Positions 12,842 through 22,676 of a stretch of DNA of 64,000 nt are shown here, in pieces. This DNA comes from an uncultured delta proteobacterium (lineage in GTDB: Bacteria; Desulfobacterota; WTBG01; CAIYCZ01; CAIRTM01): the NCBI GenBank assembly GCA_963804955.1, contig CAWDSQ010000024.1, positions 173,423 to 237,422 on the forward strand, read 5' to 3'. The notes under the pieces were generated by a model. The model did not search any database, was not told where the DNA came from, and worked only from the letters and a program-made list of their open reading frames with translations. The first letter of the stretch is position 1. Every line of letters starts with the position of its first letter. The position numbers and the translations under genes were made by a program.

Positions 12842-15005
12842 TCAGAGATGCATCCGGTCACGGATCATACGCACCATTGTTGTATTTTCGGTATGCCCGG
12901 TCATATTTGCAGTAATCCGTGCGCGGATGGGGCGCCCAAGCAGGTAGAAATCTCCTATCATGTCAAGAATCTTATGCCGCACAAATTCATCGGGAAACCG
13001 GAGCTCGGTGTTCACAATCTTCTCATTGTCGATAAGAATAAAGTTATTGAGCTTGCCGCCGCTTGCCAGCCCCCGCTCTTGAAGGGCCTCAATGTCGCGT
13101 AAAAAGCCGAATGTGCGCGCCGGAGCAATCTCCTTCTTGAAGGCTTCCTCGTCGTTCATGATAAAGGTGTATTCCTGCCGTCCGACCGGCTTTGGATACT
13201 GCAGCATATAATGAATTGAAAATCGCTCCGCCGGCTCGACTATCATGTGCTTTTTAGCGCCATCGATTTCACCGACAACGAATTTTTCCGTCAGAATGAT
13301 GTCATCGGCAGGAGCGTCCTGCTCTTCAATGCCCGCATCCTCAATCATCTTGCAGAAATCAACGGCAGAACCGTCCATGATGGGCACTTCATTATTGATC
13401 TTGATCATGAGATTTGTGATGCGATAGGCATGCAGCGTTGCAAGGCAATGCTCTATCGTTCGTGCTGTTGAGTTGGTATTCTGCAGGCATGTTGAATAGT
13501 CGGTTGACACAACATAATCGATAGACGCAGGAATAGTATCGTCGCTTGAAATATTGCCGAATACGATGCCGCTGCCGGGAGGCAGCGGGGTTAAAATAAG
13601 GCCTGTTTTGTCTCCGGAATGCAGGCCCTGACCGCTCACGACCATGGCACTCTTAAGCGTTCTCTGAAATCGTTTACCTGAAGGATTTTCTTTGGCAAAA
13701 ACAATGCCGTACTCCTTTATTAATTTCTTCAGCTCCTTCTCCCTGATGTGTATTGCGGCAGCCGTTTTCGCTACATTGCGATCATTTTTGCGCAAATGAT
13801 GCAGCAGATAATTTTTACGCCAGGCAACTTCAGCCTCTGCCATGCTTGCACATTGCTCATAGGAGCGGGATGAGGCATGCTGAGACTCTTCGCGTATGGC
13901 CGAGGGCAAATCCTGAGCGGAAATGGTTTTTGTCGGTACCGATACAGCCATTTTTTCAGTGAGATTCTTCAGTTCCTTAACATTGCCCGGCCAATCATAG
14001 TTCACCAGAAGTTCAAGAGACTCGTCATCAAACTGCTTTTCCCTGCAGCTGTATTCCTTGCAGAACTGGCCGAGAAAAGCGTTGAGCATAACCGGTATAT
14101 CGCTGCGGCGCTCACGCAGGGGTGGCAGCAGTATCGTGTGCTGAAAACTCTCGGCAAGCGACTTCTTCAAAACTCCGTCACCCGCTGTTTTGATCGTTGC
14201 TCCGACAACCCGCAAACATCCTTCTTCTGTATGCAGCAGCTTGCCCAGCTGATCGGCAAGCCGCTTTTGCATGTCGGGAGGAACCGCATCAAGCGCCTGC
14301 AAAAACAGCACCCCCGTCGCCTCTCCGGTCAGCAGGCCATGCTTGCCGGGCTGGTTGTCGCCGAAAAGTTTTGCCGCAAGTTCAGCAGGCGTCAAAAAAG
14401 CACAATTGATCTTTGTAAAGGTTTTTTTCTTAAATCCGGATCCGCTGTGGATCAACTGCGCCGCATGCTCCTTACCCGTTCCGATTTCACCCAAAAGCAG
14501 AATATGCCCCCTGCCGGATGCAGCGCTTTTGATCTGGTCCATGGCCCTTAAAATTGCATGACTCTCTCCGGACAAAGCCGGCAGTTCTTCGCGGGCATCT
14601 GCGGTTTTCGATCCTGCAGAGCTTTTGCCTGCCGTCTGCTGTTTTTCCTTGATCTTTCTTATGATATCGATAACGGCATCAAACGAAAAAGGTTTTTCGA
14701 GAAAATCGAAGGCTCCGTGCTTCACTGCCTGAACCGCCGTATTCACCGTGCCGTGACCGGTCATCATAACAATATCAATAGCACTGTCAAAGTCCTTAAC
14801 AGCCTTCAAGGTCTGAATGCCGTCCATCCCGGGAAGCCAGATATCAAGAAAAATAATATCCACAGGATTGAGATTTTACGATCTCCAGAGCACGGTTGCC
14901 GTCTGAGGCCGTCAGCAGAATATGGCCCTCGTCCTCAAGGCTGCCTCGAAGCGAATTTACAATGGAAGGTTCGTCGTCAACCAGCAGTATTGCTAAATTT
15001 TTCAT
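12842..15005 (-). CDS. lpxC: NtrX-like response regulator (REC, degenerate AAA+, HTH-like) fused to LpxC; frameshift near 14865
   Basis: ILLVDDE...FLDIWLPG receiver; GEIGTGKE and WPGNVKEL; then QRTL..GQGLHSG, TIEH, EVPIMDGSA, ARTFGF, EFVRHKILD, GH. Confidence 0.9.
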
Positions 15006-17268
15006 TATACGTTTCCCTTCTGAAGCTTATGGTCGGTGATACCGGCAGCTGAATGATGAAACAGGCGCCTCTCGGCTGATTGTCGCGCACGCGAATAAAT
15101 CCATTGTGGTCTGATACAATCGTGTTGACGATAGCCAGCCCCAGACCGGTTCCGGCCTGTTTTGTGGAAAAATAAGGATCAAAAATTTTGGTTTTAAGCG
15201 CAGGCGGGATGCCGCAGCCGGTGTCCGCAACCTCGATGATTACCACGTCAAGGGCCTGATTGTATGCTGTCTTGACCGTTACCGTTCCGCCATTTTCCAT
15301 GGAGTGAACCGCATTGTCAAGCAGATTGATAAGCACGCGTTTTATCTGGTCCCGGTCAAAATTAAACCGGATCGTGTCCAGCTCACGCACGGCGCTGAAA
15401 ACAATGGTTTTATGCGCTTCACGGTACAACTTGAGGGTCTCATCAACGACTTCGTTGAGCTCATTGGGCAGGGGATTGGTTGCCGGCATACGGGCAAAAC
15501 TCGAAAACTCATTGACCATGGTTTTGAGTTCATCGACCTGATTGATGATAACCGTTGTGCATTCATCAAACACCCCCACATCGGATGTGATCTGATGCTG
15601 AAACTTCTTCTTCAGCCGTTGAGCTGAAAGCTTGATCGGCGTGAGCGGGTTCTTTACCTCATGGGCTATCCTGCGCGCAACCTCTTTCCATGCAAATGCC
15701 CGCTGCGCCTGCTGCAGCTGGGTGAGGTCTTCGGCAACCAGAACAAGCCCCATGCTTGTGCCCTCGGCGTCAAAAAACATATTGGAGCGCACGTACAAAA
15801 ACACCATCCTGTCGGCAAGCGACAATGCTATCTGCTGCTCGACGGATCGAAGCCGGCTGACAAGAACCTCGCTGATAAAATCCTTTAGCGGCGCGAGCTC
15901 TTCATGCGCAAACACATCACCGTATGGGCGGTTGACGACCTGCGCAAAGGTGGTATTGAACATGCGTTCCGCTGAATTATTGAATGCAGTAATGACACCG
16001 TCCTGATCGGTTGAAACAACAACGGAGGCGACATTATCAAGCAAAATCTCCATATACAGCCGCCGGTGCTCAAGCTCCCGGATGGTTTCCCGCAGGTTGC
16101 TGGTCGTTGATTCAACCTGCTGCGTGCTTGCTTTGAGATCATGGGTCATTTTATTGAATGAATGTATCAGGCTGCCGATCTCGTCATCGGACGACGGCTC
16201 TATCACAACATCCAGATTCCCCTGAGCTATCTGTTCTGTCGCAGTCGCCAGTGAGCTGATGGGTACGGATATCACCTTTGAAAGGTGAAATCCGAACCAC
16301 GTTGCAGAAAAAATAATCAGCAGCGTCACGGCAGACAGCAAAATAATATAAATGCCCTTAATGGGGCCCTTGGATATTTTAAGCTGTTTATATTCCTGAT
16401 ACGCCCGGTTGATCTCGTCCATTTTGATGACAAGACTCTTGGGATTATAAAAATTTACAATCACGGCGCCAACTATCTCCTGCTTGCCACCCGCAGGCCG
16501 CACAGGAACAACGCCGCGAACGATATCTCCGTTGTCGGCAGGCTGAATGCGGGTAACCTCCTTGCCTTCGAGCGCCAGGCGCACAAGGGCCGCATCTGAT
16601 CCTATAAAATCCTTCTCGGGCACATCGGCACGGGCAACTTTGACCAGCAGCTCTCCACTGGCTGAAAATATCTCGACCACGCCAAGATCGTACTCGGACT
16701 GTTTTTCAGCTACCAGCCTCCATAAGGGCTCTGATGCACGATCCCCGAGCATTTTTTTTGCTGCGATACTGCCTGCAATCTGGCGGGCGTAGTGGAGCGC
16801 TTTTGAGGACGAGTTGCGGTAATAGGCATCAACAACATTGAGTGACTCTTCAAGAGAATTCTCAACTTTAAAGCTGAACCAGTTTTCAATCGTATTGGTT
16901 ATAAAACTGATGGATACCCAGAACAGCAGCATGGTCGGCACCAGGGACAGCCCCACAAAAGCTATGACCAGCTTTGTGCGCAGCTTCGACCCCAAAATGC
17001 CCCTTCTGCGCTCGAAAAAAAGCTTCACAACATTGCGCACAACAAGAAAAAGCAGAAGCAGCAGCAAAATAGCATTCAGATTGATGAGACTGAAAACAAG
17101 AATATTCTGCGGCAGAAGAGCCTCGCCGCTGCGGCCGGTCACATACATCAACAGCGATGTGAGGGCAATGACGACCGGTATGGCAATAAAAATAATAGTC
17201 TGTTCCCGCTTGCGTCGCTTCTGCTCCTCCCGCATCTGACGCTGGAGCCTGTCATTGTCGATGGCCAT
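14977..17268 (-). CDS. ntrY: NtrY-like sensor histidine kinase (TM, HAMP, PAS, HisKA, HATPase)
   Basis: GSKLRTKLV, AWKEVARRIAHEVKNPLTPIKLSAQR, NLLDNA, GTGLGL. Confidence 0.88.
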   Translation of the reverse strand: MAIDNDRLQRQMREEQKRRKREQTIIFIAIPVVIALTSLLMYVTGRSGEALLPQNILVFSLINLNAILLLLLLFLVVRNVVKLFFERRRGILGSKLRTKLVIAFVGLSLVPTMLLFWVSISFITNTIENWFSFKVENSLEESLNVVDAYYRNSSSKALHYARQIAGSIAAKKMLGDRASEPLWRLVAEKQSEYDLGVVEIFSASGELLVKVARADVPEKDFIGSDAALVRLALEGKEVTRIQPADNGDIVRGVVPVRPAGGKQEIVGAVIVNFYNPKSLVIKMDEINRAYQEYKQLKISKGPIKGIYIILLSAVTLLIIFSATWFGFHLSKVISVPISSLATATEQIAQGNLDVVIEPSSDDEIGSLIHSFNKMTHDLKASTQQVESTTSNLRETIRELEHRRLYMEILLDNVASVVVSTDQDGVITAFNNSAERMFNTTFAQVVNRPYGDVFAHEELAPLKDFISEVLVSRLRSVEQQIALSLADRMVFLYVRSNMFFDAEGTSMGLVLVAEDLTQLQQAQRAFAWKEVARRIAHEVKNPLTPIKLSAQRLKKKFQHQITSDVGVFDECTTVIINQVDELKTMVNEFSSFARMPATNPLPNELNEVVDETLKLYREAHKTIVFSAVRELDTIRFNFDRDQIKRVLINLLDNAVHSMENGGTVTVKTAYNQALDVVIIEVADTGCGIPPALKTKIFDPYFSTKQAGTGLGLAIVNTIVSDHNGFIRVRDNQPRGACFIIQLPVSPTISFRRETYNEKFSNTAG

Positions 17269-17589
17269 GGTAGGTCTATCCTTCGAGAGTGCTGAGTTTT
17301 TATAACCATAACACATATTCGGGTTGAGTTGCATGTGTTAAAATACTGCATCCCGGGCTGATACAATAAACAACAGCAGAAGGTAACCGAAGGCAAAAAA
17401 ACATATTTTTCTATAAGATTTTTTAGCACCTTCTGCAGTATAATGATATGAATAACCTTGACAATGCAGTTGAATTATGTTTTTTTATACGTTCGTATTT
17501 TGTGGAAGAACATAAAACTCAAATTATTGTAACAGCTTAATAAAACGCACTACATCCAAAGCACTATTTAAGAAAACAGGGAGACGACC

Positions 17590-17724
17590 TTGAAACAGAC
17601 ATTCCAGCCAAGCATCTTAAAACGCAAAAGAACTCATGGGTTTCTTGAGCGCATGAGCACAAAGTCAGGACAGAACGTCATCAAAAGAAGGCGGCGAAAA
17701 GGCAGAAAAGTGCTGAGTGCATAA
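17590..17724 (+). CDS. rpmH: 50S ribosomal protein L34 (absent from ORF track)
   Basis: TTG start; [44 protein letters not shown]. Confidence 0.95.
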   Translation: MKQTFQPSILKRKRTHGFLERMSTKSGQNVIKRRRRKGRKVLSA

Positions 17725-17736
17725 CGCAAAAGATAT

Positions 17737-18075
17737 ATGTCCAACTTCTCCTTAAAACGCGCTGAAAAAATAAAAAAAAGCGCTGAATTTCTAATTATAT
17801 ATCGAAAAGGAGCAAGAAAAGAGTCTCGGCACTTCAAGGTTGCAATCCTGGGGAACAACCTTCCATGGAGCCGTTTGGGGATAACCGTCAGCAAAAAAAT
17901 CGGCAACTCGGTACAGCGCAACCATGTAAAGCGCCGTATACGGGAATATTTCAGACTGCATAAAGCATTGCTGCCAGCATCAAGCGATATTGTTTTTACG
18001 GCAAAACCTGGGGCGGATCATCTGCTCTATGCGGGCATAGCCAGCGAAATCGACCGGTTATTTGATTGCTCATGA
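17737..18075 (+). CDS. rnpA: RNase P protein component
   Basis: RLGITVSKKIGNSVQRNHVKRRIRE. Confidence 0.95.
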   Translation: MSNFSLKRAEKIKKSAEFLIIYRKGARKESRHFKVAILGNNLPWSRLGITVSKKIGNSVQRNHVKRRIREYFRLHKALLPASSDIVFTAKPGADHLLYAGIASEIDRLFDCS

Positions 18076-18092
18076 ACCTGAATCGCATTTGA

Positions 18093-18344
18093 ATGAATAA
18101 ACAAATACTTTGTTCTGTATCGGAGCCCGGCAACCGGATTAACAGGGTCTCCATATTTCTCATACGCTGTTACCAGGTGCTGGTATCTCCCTGTCTTGGT
18201 TCTCACTGCCGTTTTATCCCCACCTGCTCCAATTATGCCATAACGGCCTTTGCAAAGTACCCATTTTTCAAAGCATGCCGGCTCACATGCTGTCGTCTGC
18301 TCAAATGCCATCCGTTTCATCCGGGCGGCTATGATCCGGTCTAA
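18093..18344 (+). CDS. yidD: Membrane protein insertion efficiency factor
   Basis: [24 protein letters not shown]. Confidence 0.93.
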   Translation: MNKQILCSVSEPGNRINRVSIFLIRCYQVLVSPCLGSHCRFIPTCSNYAITAFAKYPFFKACRLTCCRLLKCHPFHPGGYDPV

Positions 18345-18440
18345 ATTTTTTACGACTGCCACACGACACTACAAGGAGCAACCAGGGATTCAGCATGTCG
18401 GCTGAATCCATGCAATCAATCCTTAAATAAGGAACTGTTC

Positions 18441-20219
18441 ATGGATAATGAAAAAAGAATTCTCCTGGCTGTTGCGCTCTCAATTGCCGTACTTTTCAGC
18501 TATCAGTACCTGTTCACCCCACCTGCCAAAAAGGCAGACACCCAGGCTGTCCCGGCAGCTGAAAAAACGCACAATGCTGCAGCGCCAGCACCGGCTGTAG
18601 TTACTCAGCCCCAGATAAAAAATGCAAGTCCGCAGCTGGCTCAACTGCCCCAGGCGCCCATCGTCGATGACGGCCGGAACATTGATGTCGAAACAGGCCT
18701 TTTTAAGGCGCTTTTCGTGCGGGCAAGCGGTGGCCCGGACAGTTTCACCCTTCACAATTACAAGGAAGTCCTCGTGCCGACGGCTGCGGAGCGCCTGATG
18801 AAAAAACTTTTCAATGTCGGGCCCGACTTTCCGGCAGACGCAGGTCAAAAAGACAAGCAGCTTCTCCATGTGCGTTCTGCTCAGGACCTGCCGCTGCGCA
18901 CCCTCTTTATCGACGCAAGTTCCGCCATGTCTGGCGCCGGGCCGTGGCAGGCCGATCGCGACAGCCTTCGCTTGCGCGATACCGCACAACAGGGCGCCAT
19001 AACTTTTTCGCAGCATGACCAGCAGGGGTTGAAACTATCCAAGCAGTTCGCGTTCACGGACAAGGACTACAAGTTCGGCCTCACCCTGACCCTGCGCAAT
19101 GACGGTTCCGCTGACCGCACGGGCACGCCGGTCATTGAATGGAAGGCGCATATTCCAAACCAGCAGGGTGGCGGGTTCTTCGGCGGCGATACGACAGACG
19201 TGACCCAGTTCACCTATTTTCTAAAAGACAAGGTCGTCAAGCAGGATCTTGGTAAGGTAAAGGAAGAAACACCTATCGAGGGCGACATTCTCTGGACCGC
19301 CATCGAGGAAAAATATTTCATGTCGGCCCTTCTCATGCAGGATCAGAAGCCCGCACAAGTGCGCATAAGCAAAACCGCCGATACCACAGTCACCTATCAG
19401 GTGTTCTTCCCGCCCGTTACCATCCAGCCCGGACAGGAAGCGCAGTACCCGCTGCAGCTCTATATGGGGCCAAAAGACATGGACATACTGGCGCAGCAGG
19501 GCCACCAGCTTGAAAAAACACTTGACTTCGGGTGGTTCGACATCATCGCAAAGCCGCTGCTCATGTGTCTGAAATTCTTCTATGGCTTTCTCGGCAATTA
19601 CGGCCTTGCGATTATCCTGCTGACCATTATCATCAAAATTCTCTTCTGGCCGCTCACGCATAAAAGTTTTGAATCCATGAAGGGCATGCAGAAGATTCAG
19701 CCCGAGCTGACTGCTCTCAAGGAAAAATATAAAGACAACAAGGAAGAATTCGCGCGGCAGCAGCTCTCGCTCTACAAAAAATACAATGTAAACCCGCTGA
19801 GCGGCTGTCTGCCCATATTGATTCAAATACCGGTCTTCATTGCGCTCTATAATGCGCTGATGTACTCCATCGAACTGCGGCATGCAAGCTTCGTTTCATT
19901 CTGGATCAACGACCTGTCGGCAAAGGATCCAACCTATCTCGCGCCGATTATCATGGGCCTCTCGCAGTTTCTGCAGCAAAAAATGACGCCGTCGGCAAGC
20001 ATGGATCCGATGCAGGCAAAAATGATGCTTTTCATGCCCCTTGTATTTACGTTCATGTTTCTCAGTTTCCCATCGGGGCTTGTCATCTACTGGCTTGTCA
20101 ATAATGTCATCTCTATTGTTCAGCAGTACTACATTAACAACAAAATCAGTACCGCAGGAGGAAAAGAATGCATCCCATCGAAGTCGAAGCCAAAACAGTT
20201 GAAGAAGCAGTCGAGCTAG
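18441..20219 (+). CDS. yidC: Membrane protein insertase YidC
   Basis: DFGWF, GNYGLAII, NPLSGCLP, WINDLS, GLVIYW. Confidence 0.95.
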   Translation: MDNEKRILLAVALSIAVLFSYQYLFTPPAKKADTQAVPAAEKTHNAAAPAPAVVTQPQIKNASPQLAQLPQAPIVDDGRNIDVETGLFKALFVRASGGPDSFTLHNYKEVLVPTAAERLMKKLFNVGPDFPADAGQKDKQLLHVRSAQDLPLRTLFIDASSAMSGAGPWQADRDSLRLRDTAQQGAITFSQHDQQGLKLSKQFAFTDKDYKFGLTLTLRNDGSADRTGTPVIEWKAHIPNQQGGGFFGGDTTDVTQFTYFLKDKVVKQDLGKVKEETPIEGDILWTAIEEKYFMSALLMQDQKPAQVRISKTADTTVTYQVFFPPVTIQPGQEAQYPLQLYMGPKDMDILAQQGHQLEKTLDFGWFDIIAKPLLMCLKFFYGFLGNYGLAIILLTIIIKILFWPLTHKSFESMKGMQKIQPELTALKEKYKDNKEEFARQQLSLYKKYNVNPLSGCLPILIQIPVFIALYNALMYSIELRHASFVSFWINDLSAKDPTYLAPIIMGLSQFLQQKMTPSASMDPMQAKMMLFMPLVFTFMFLSFPSGLVIYWLVNNVISIVQQYYINNKISTAGGKECIPSKSKPKQLKKQSS

Positions 20220-20824
20220 CCGGACAGCAACTGCATACCACTGAAGACAATCTTGAAATTGAAGTGCTTGAACCGACACCCGGCAAATTTCTTTCCCTCT
20301 TCTCCGGGAGGAAAGCAAAAATTCGTGCGGCGCTGAAAAAAACACCGATTCAGGCAACGCGGTACGGCGCTGCACAGGAGACTCTTGATACGTTAAAAAT
20401 TCTCTTCGATCGAATTGTCCGGCACATAGACCCGGCTGCGCGTATCGAAACAGCAATGAACCATGATGAGGTTATTTTCAACATCATCGGTGATGGCAGC
20501 GGCATTTTTATCGGAAAAAAAGGACAGACGCTTGAGGCTCTGCAGTATCTGCTCAATAAAATACGGGCCAGGCAGGCCGCAGACATGCCGCACATTCTCG
20601 TCGATTCCGAAGGGTACCGTTCCCGCCATGTGGAAAATCTCGAGAGCCTGGCCATGCGCCTGAGTCAAAAAGCAAAGACGAAAGGAGGTACGGTAACCAC
20701 CCCCCCCCTGAATGCTTCAGACCGCCGTATCATTCACATGACACTGAAACAGGATCCTGCACTGACGACATGGAGCAAGGGGGATGGCGTCATGCGCAAA
20801 GTTATCATAGCCCCCCGGCAGTAA
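20168..20824 (+). CDS. jag: Jag/KhpB RNA-binding protein
   Basis: Jag_N, KH (IGKKGQTLEALQ), R3H (RRIIH). Confidence 0.9.
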   Translation: MHPIEVEAKTVEEAVELAGQQLHTTEDNLEIEVLEPTPGKFLSLFSGRKAKIRAALKKTPIQATRYGAAQETLDTLKILFDRIVRHIDPAARIETAMNHDEVIFNIIGDGSGIFIGKKGQTLEALQYLLNKIRARQAADMPHILVDSEGYRSRHVENLESLAMRLSQKAKTKGGTVTTPPLNASDRRIIHMTLKQDPALTTWSKGDGVMRKVIIAPRQ

Positions 20825-21110
20825 GCCTGACACAGGCACAGGCGGCAGAAGCCATTCATGGTGCCTGCCGTCTTTGCCTGGCATGATCGCCGCGCCCTAT
20901 GACGTCTCTTGCGGACTTTATGAGTGCCGCGTCTTGACCACACCCCGACACATCAGATCCGGAAATTCTGTATCGCAGCTGTTAGTGTAAGACCCGGCCA
21001 GACGATTGATCTGCGCGAATGCTGGAACACTGCAGCGCACCTTGAAAATAATTCATTGTAAATATGGTTTTTTTTTGATTAAATAAATAAAAAACAACTT
21101 GCATACCATT

Positions 21111-22634
21111 ATGGCACTTGAAGGCAATCTAGAAACTTTTTATCTCTCCAGTCTTTTTCAACTGCTTTCCAATGATAAAAAGACCGGGAATTTACGCATT
21201 ACCCATGACGACGATGTGGTTACCGTCCACTTCTGCGAGGGCACGATAGTCTCTGCCACCAGCTCCGACAATGAAAAGCATCTCGGGTACCTCCTTCGAA
21301 GCGAAGGCGTCATCGGCTCCATGGAACTTGAAAAGCATCTGCAGATTGCCAGAAACCGCAAAGAGCGGCTCGGCAAAGTGCTGGTTGATGAATGCTTCAT
21401 ATCAAAAGAAGAGCTTGATAAATTCGTCCGCATGCAGGTGGAAAATATACTCTTCACCCTTTTTCACTGGATACAGGGTAAATTCCGGTTTGAAGAATGC
21501 GCTGTGTCGGCTGCTGAAGCAACGGACACACAGTTTGAAACCATGGGATTGATACTGGAAGCTTCCCGAAGGGTTGATGAGATGTCTGTTCTGGAAAAAC
21601 AAATACCGGCAAAAGATCAGGTGCTGCGCTATACAGCGGATGCGGCTTCAGCAAACAGGCAAACAACGCTTAACAACCAGGAAAATGCTGTTCTGCGCCT
21701 GGTCAACGGTATGAACACTATAAAGGAAATCATCTACCAGAGCGGTTATGATGAATTTACCGCAGTCAAGGCTCTGTATACTCTTTTATCAGCCGGCATA
21801 ATTGATGTTAAAGAAAAAATAGCACTGTCACTTGAGGCAGATCAGCCACAAACTGTCTCTGCCGAGCCTGCATCCGGCAAGACGCTGGAAAAAACCTCCC
21901 CTGAGGTACCCGGCCAGCAGCAAAAAAAAAGGCCTCCTATCCCTTCAGCTCATGACATTGACCTTGGAGGCGCCCCCCGGCGAAAAAATCGCTTCTTCAG
22001 CATCGCCATTGCCATCATAGTCCTGTTTACCATAGCCGCCGGCGCTGGCGTGCTTTTCAAAATGGGGGTTGTACCTGATTTTTTTCGCATAACCGTCAAT
22101 CCTCCTGACGCCACTCAGCAAACGGCAGTAAAACCGGTGGAGAAAACAGAACAGCCTGAAAAAAACCTGCCTGACGTACAGTCCCTGCAGGACAAAAATT
22201 CCTTCTTTTTTCTGAACCTGCCTTCTGGATTTGCCTATCAGGATACATCCAGCCCCCGCAAATCAAAAATTACTGCTTCATACGCAGCAGATATTACCGT
22301 CTCAATCGAGGCTCAGCGCTGGCCCGGGCAGTGGAATGCTGAAGATGAGATGTATAAAAAAATTGGCGGATTTCAGGATGGGCAATCAGACAGGTCCCGG
22401 GCATCAATAGAGTCCCATGGACTCATAAGCATGGGCGGAGGGCAGGGTTTTAAAATAACATCAGCTGAAACGATCAATGCCTCCCTGTTCATGACGCATT
22501 ACTATACCCTTGTCGGGCACCAAAAAATAATTTCAATCCAAATCACCTGCAAAAACTGCAGGCAGGTGGAAACTGGCCCATTGTTCAACAAAGTTGATGA
22601 AGCAATTAAAAAATCTCTACTTATATACCCATAA
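21111..22634 (+). CDS. DUF4388-domain membrane protein
   Basis: MALEGNL..LFQLL..KTG.L, LG..L motifs, LILEASRRVDE; TM segment; C-terminal extracytoplasmic domain. Confidence 0.75.
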   Translation: MALEGNLETFYLSSLFQLLSNDKKTGNLRITHDDDVVTVHFCEGTIVSATSSDNEKHLGYLLRSEGVIGSMELEKHLQIARNRKERLGKVLVDECFISKEELDKFVRMQVENILFTLFHWIQGKFRFEECAVSAAEATDTQFETMGLILEASRRVDEMSVLEKQIPAKDQVLRYTADAASANRQTTLNNQENAVLRLVNGMNTIKEIIYQSGYDEFTAVKALYTLLSAGIIDVKEKIALSLEADQPQTVSAEPASGKTLEKTSPEVPGQQQKKRPPIPSAHDIDLGGAPRRKNRFFSIAIAIIVLFTIAAGAGVLFKMGVVPDFFRITVNPPDATQQTAVKPVEKTEQPEKNLPDVQSLQDKNSFFFLNLPSGFAYQDTSSPRKSKITASYAADITVSIEAQRWPGQWNAEDEMYKKIGGFQDGQSDRSRASIESHGLISMGGGQGFKITSAETINASLFMTHYYTLVGHQKIISIQITCKNCRQVETGPLFNKVDEAIKKSLLIYP

Positions 22635-22676
22635 CAGCTTCCTCTGTCCATCCATCTCTTCTTCTGCGGTTTAACT

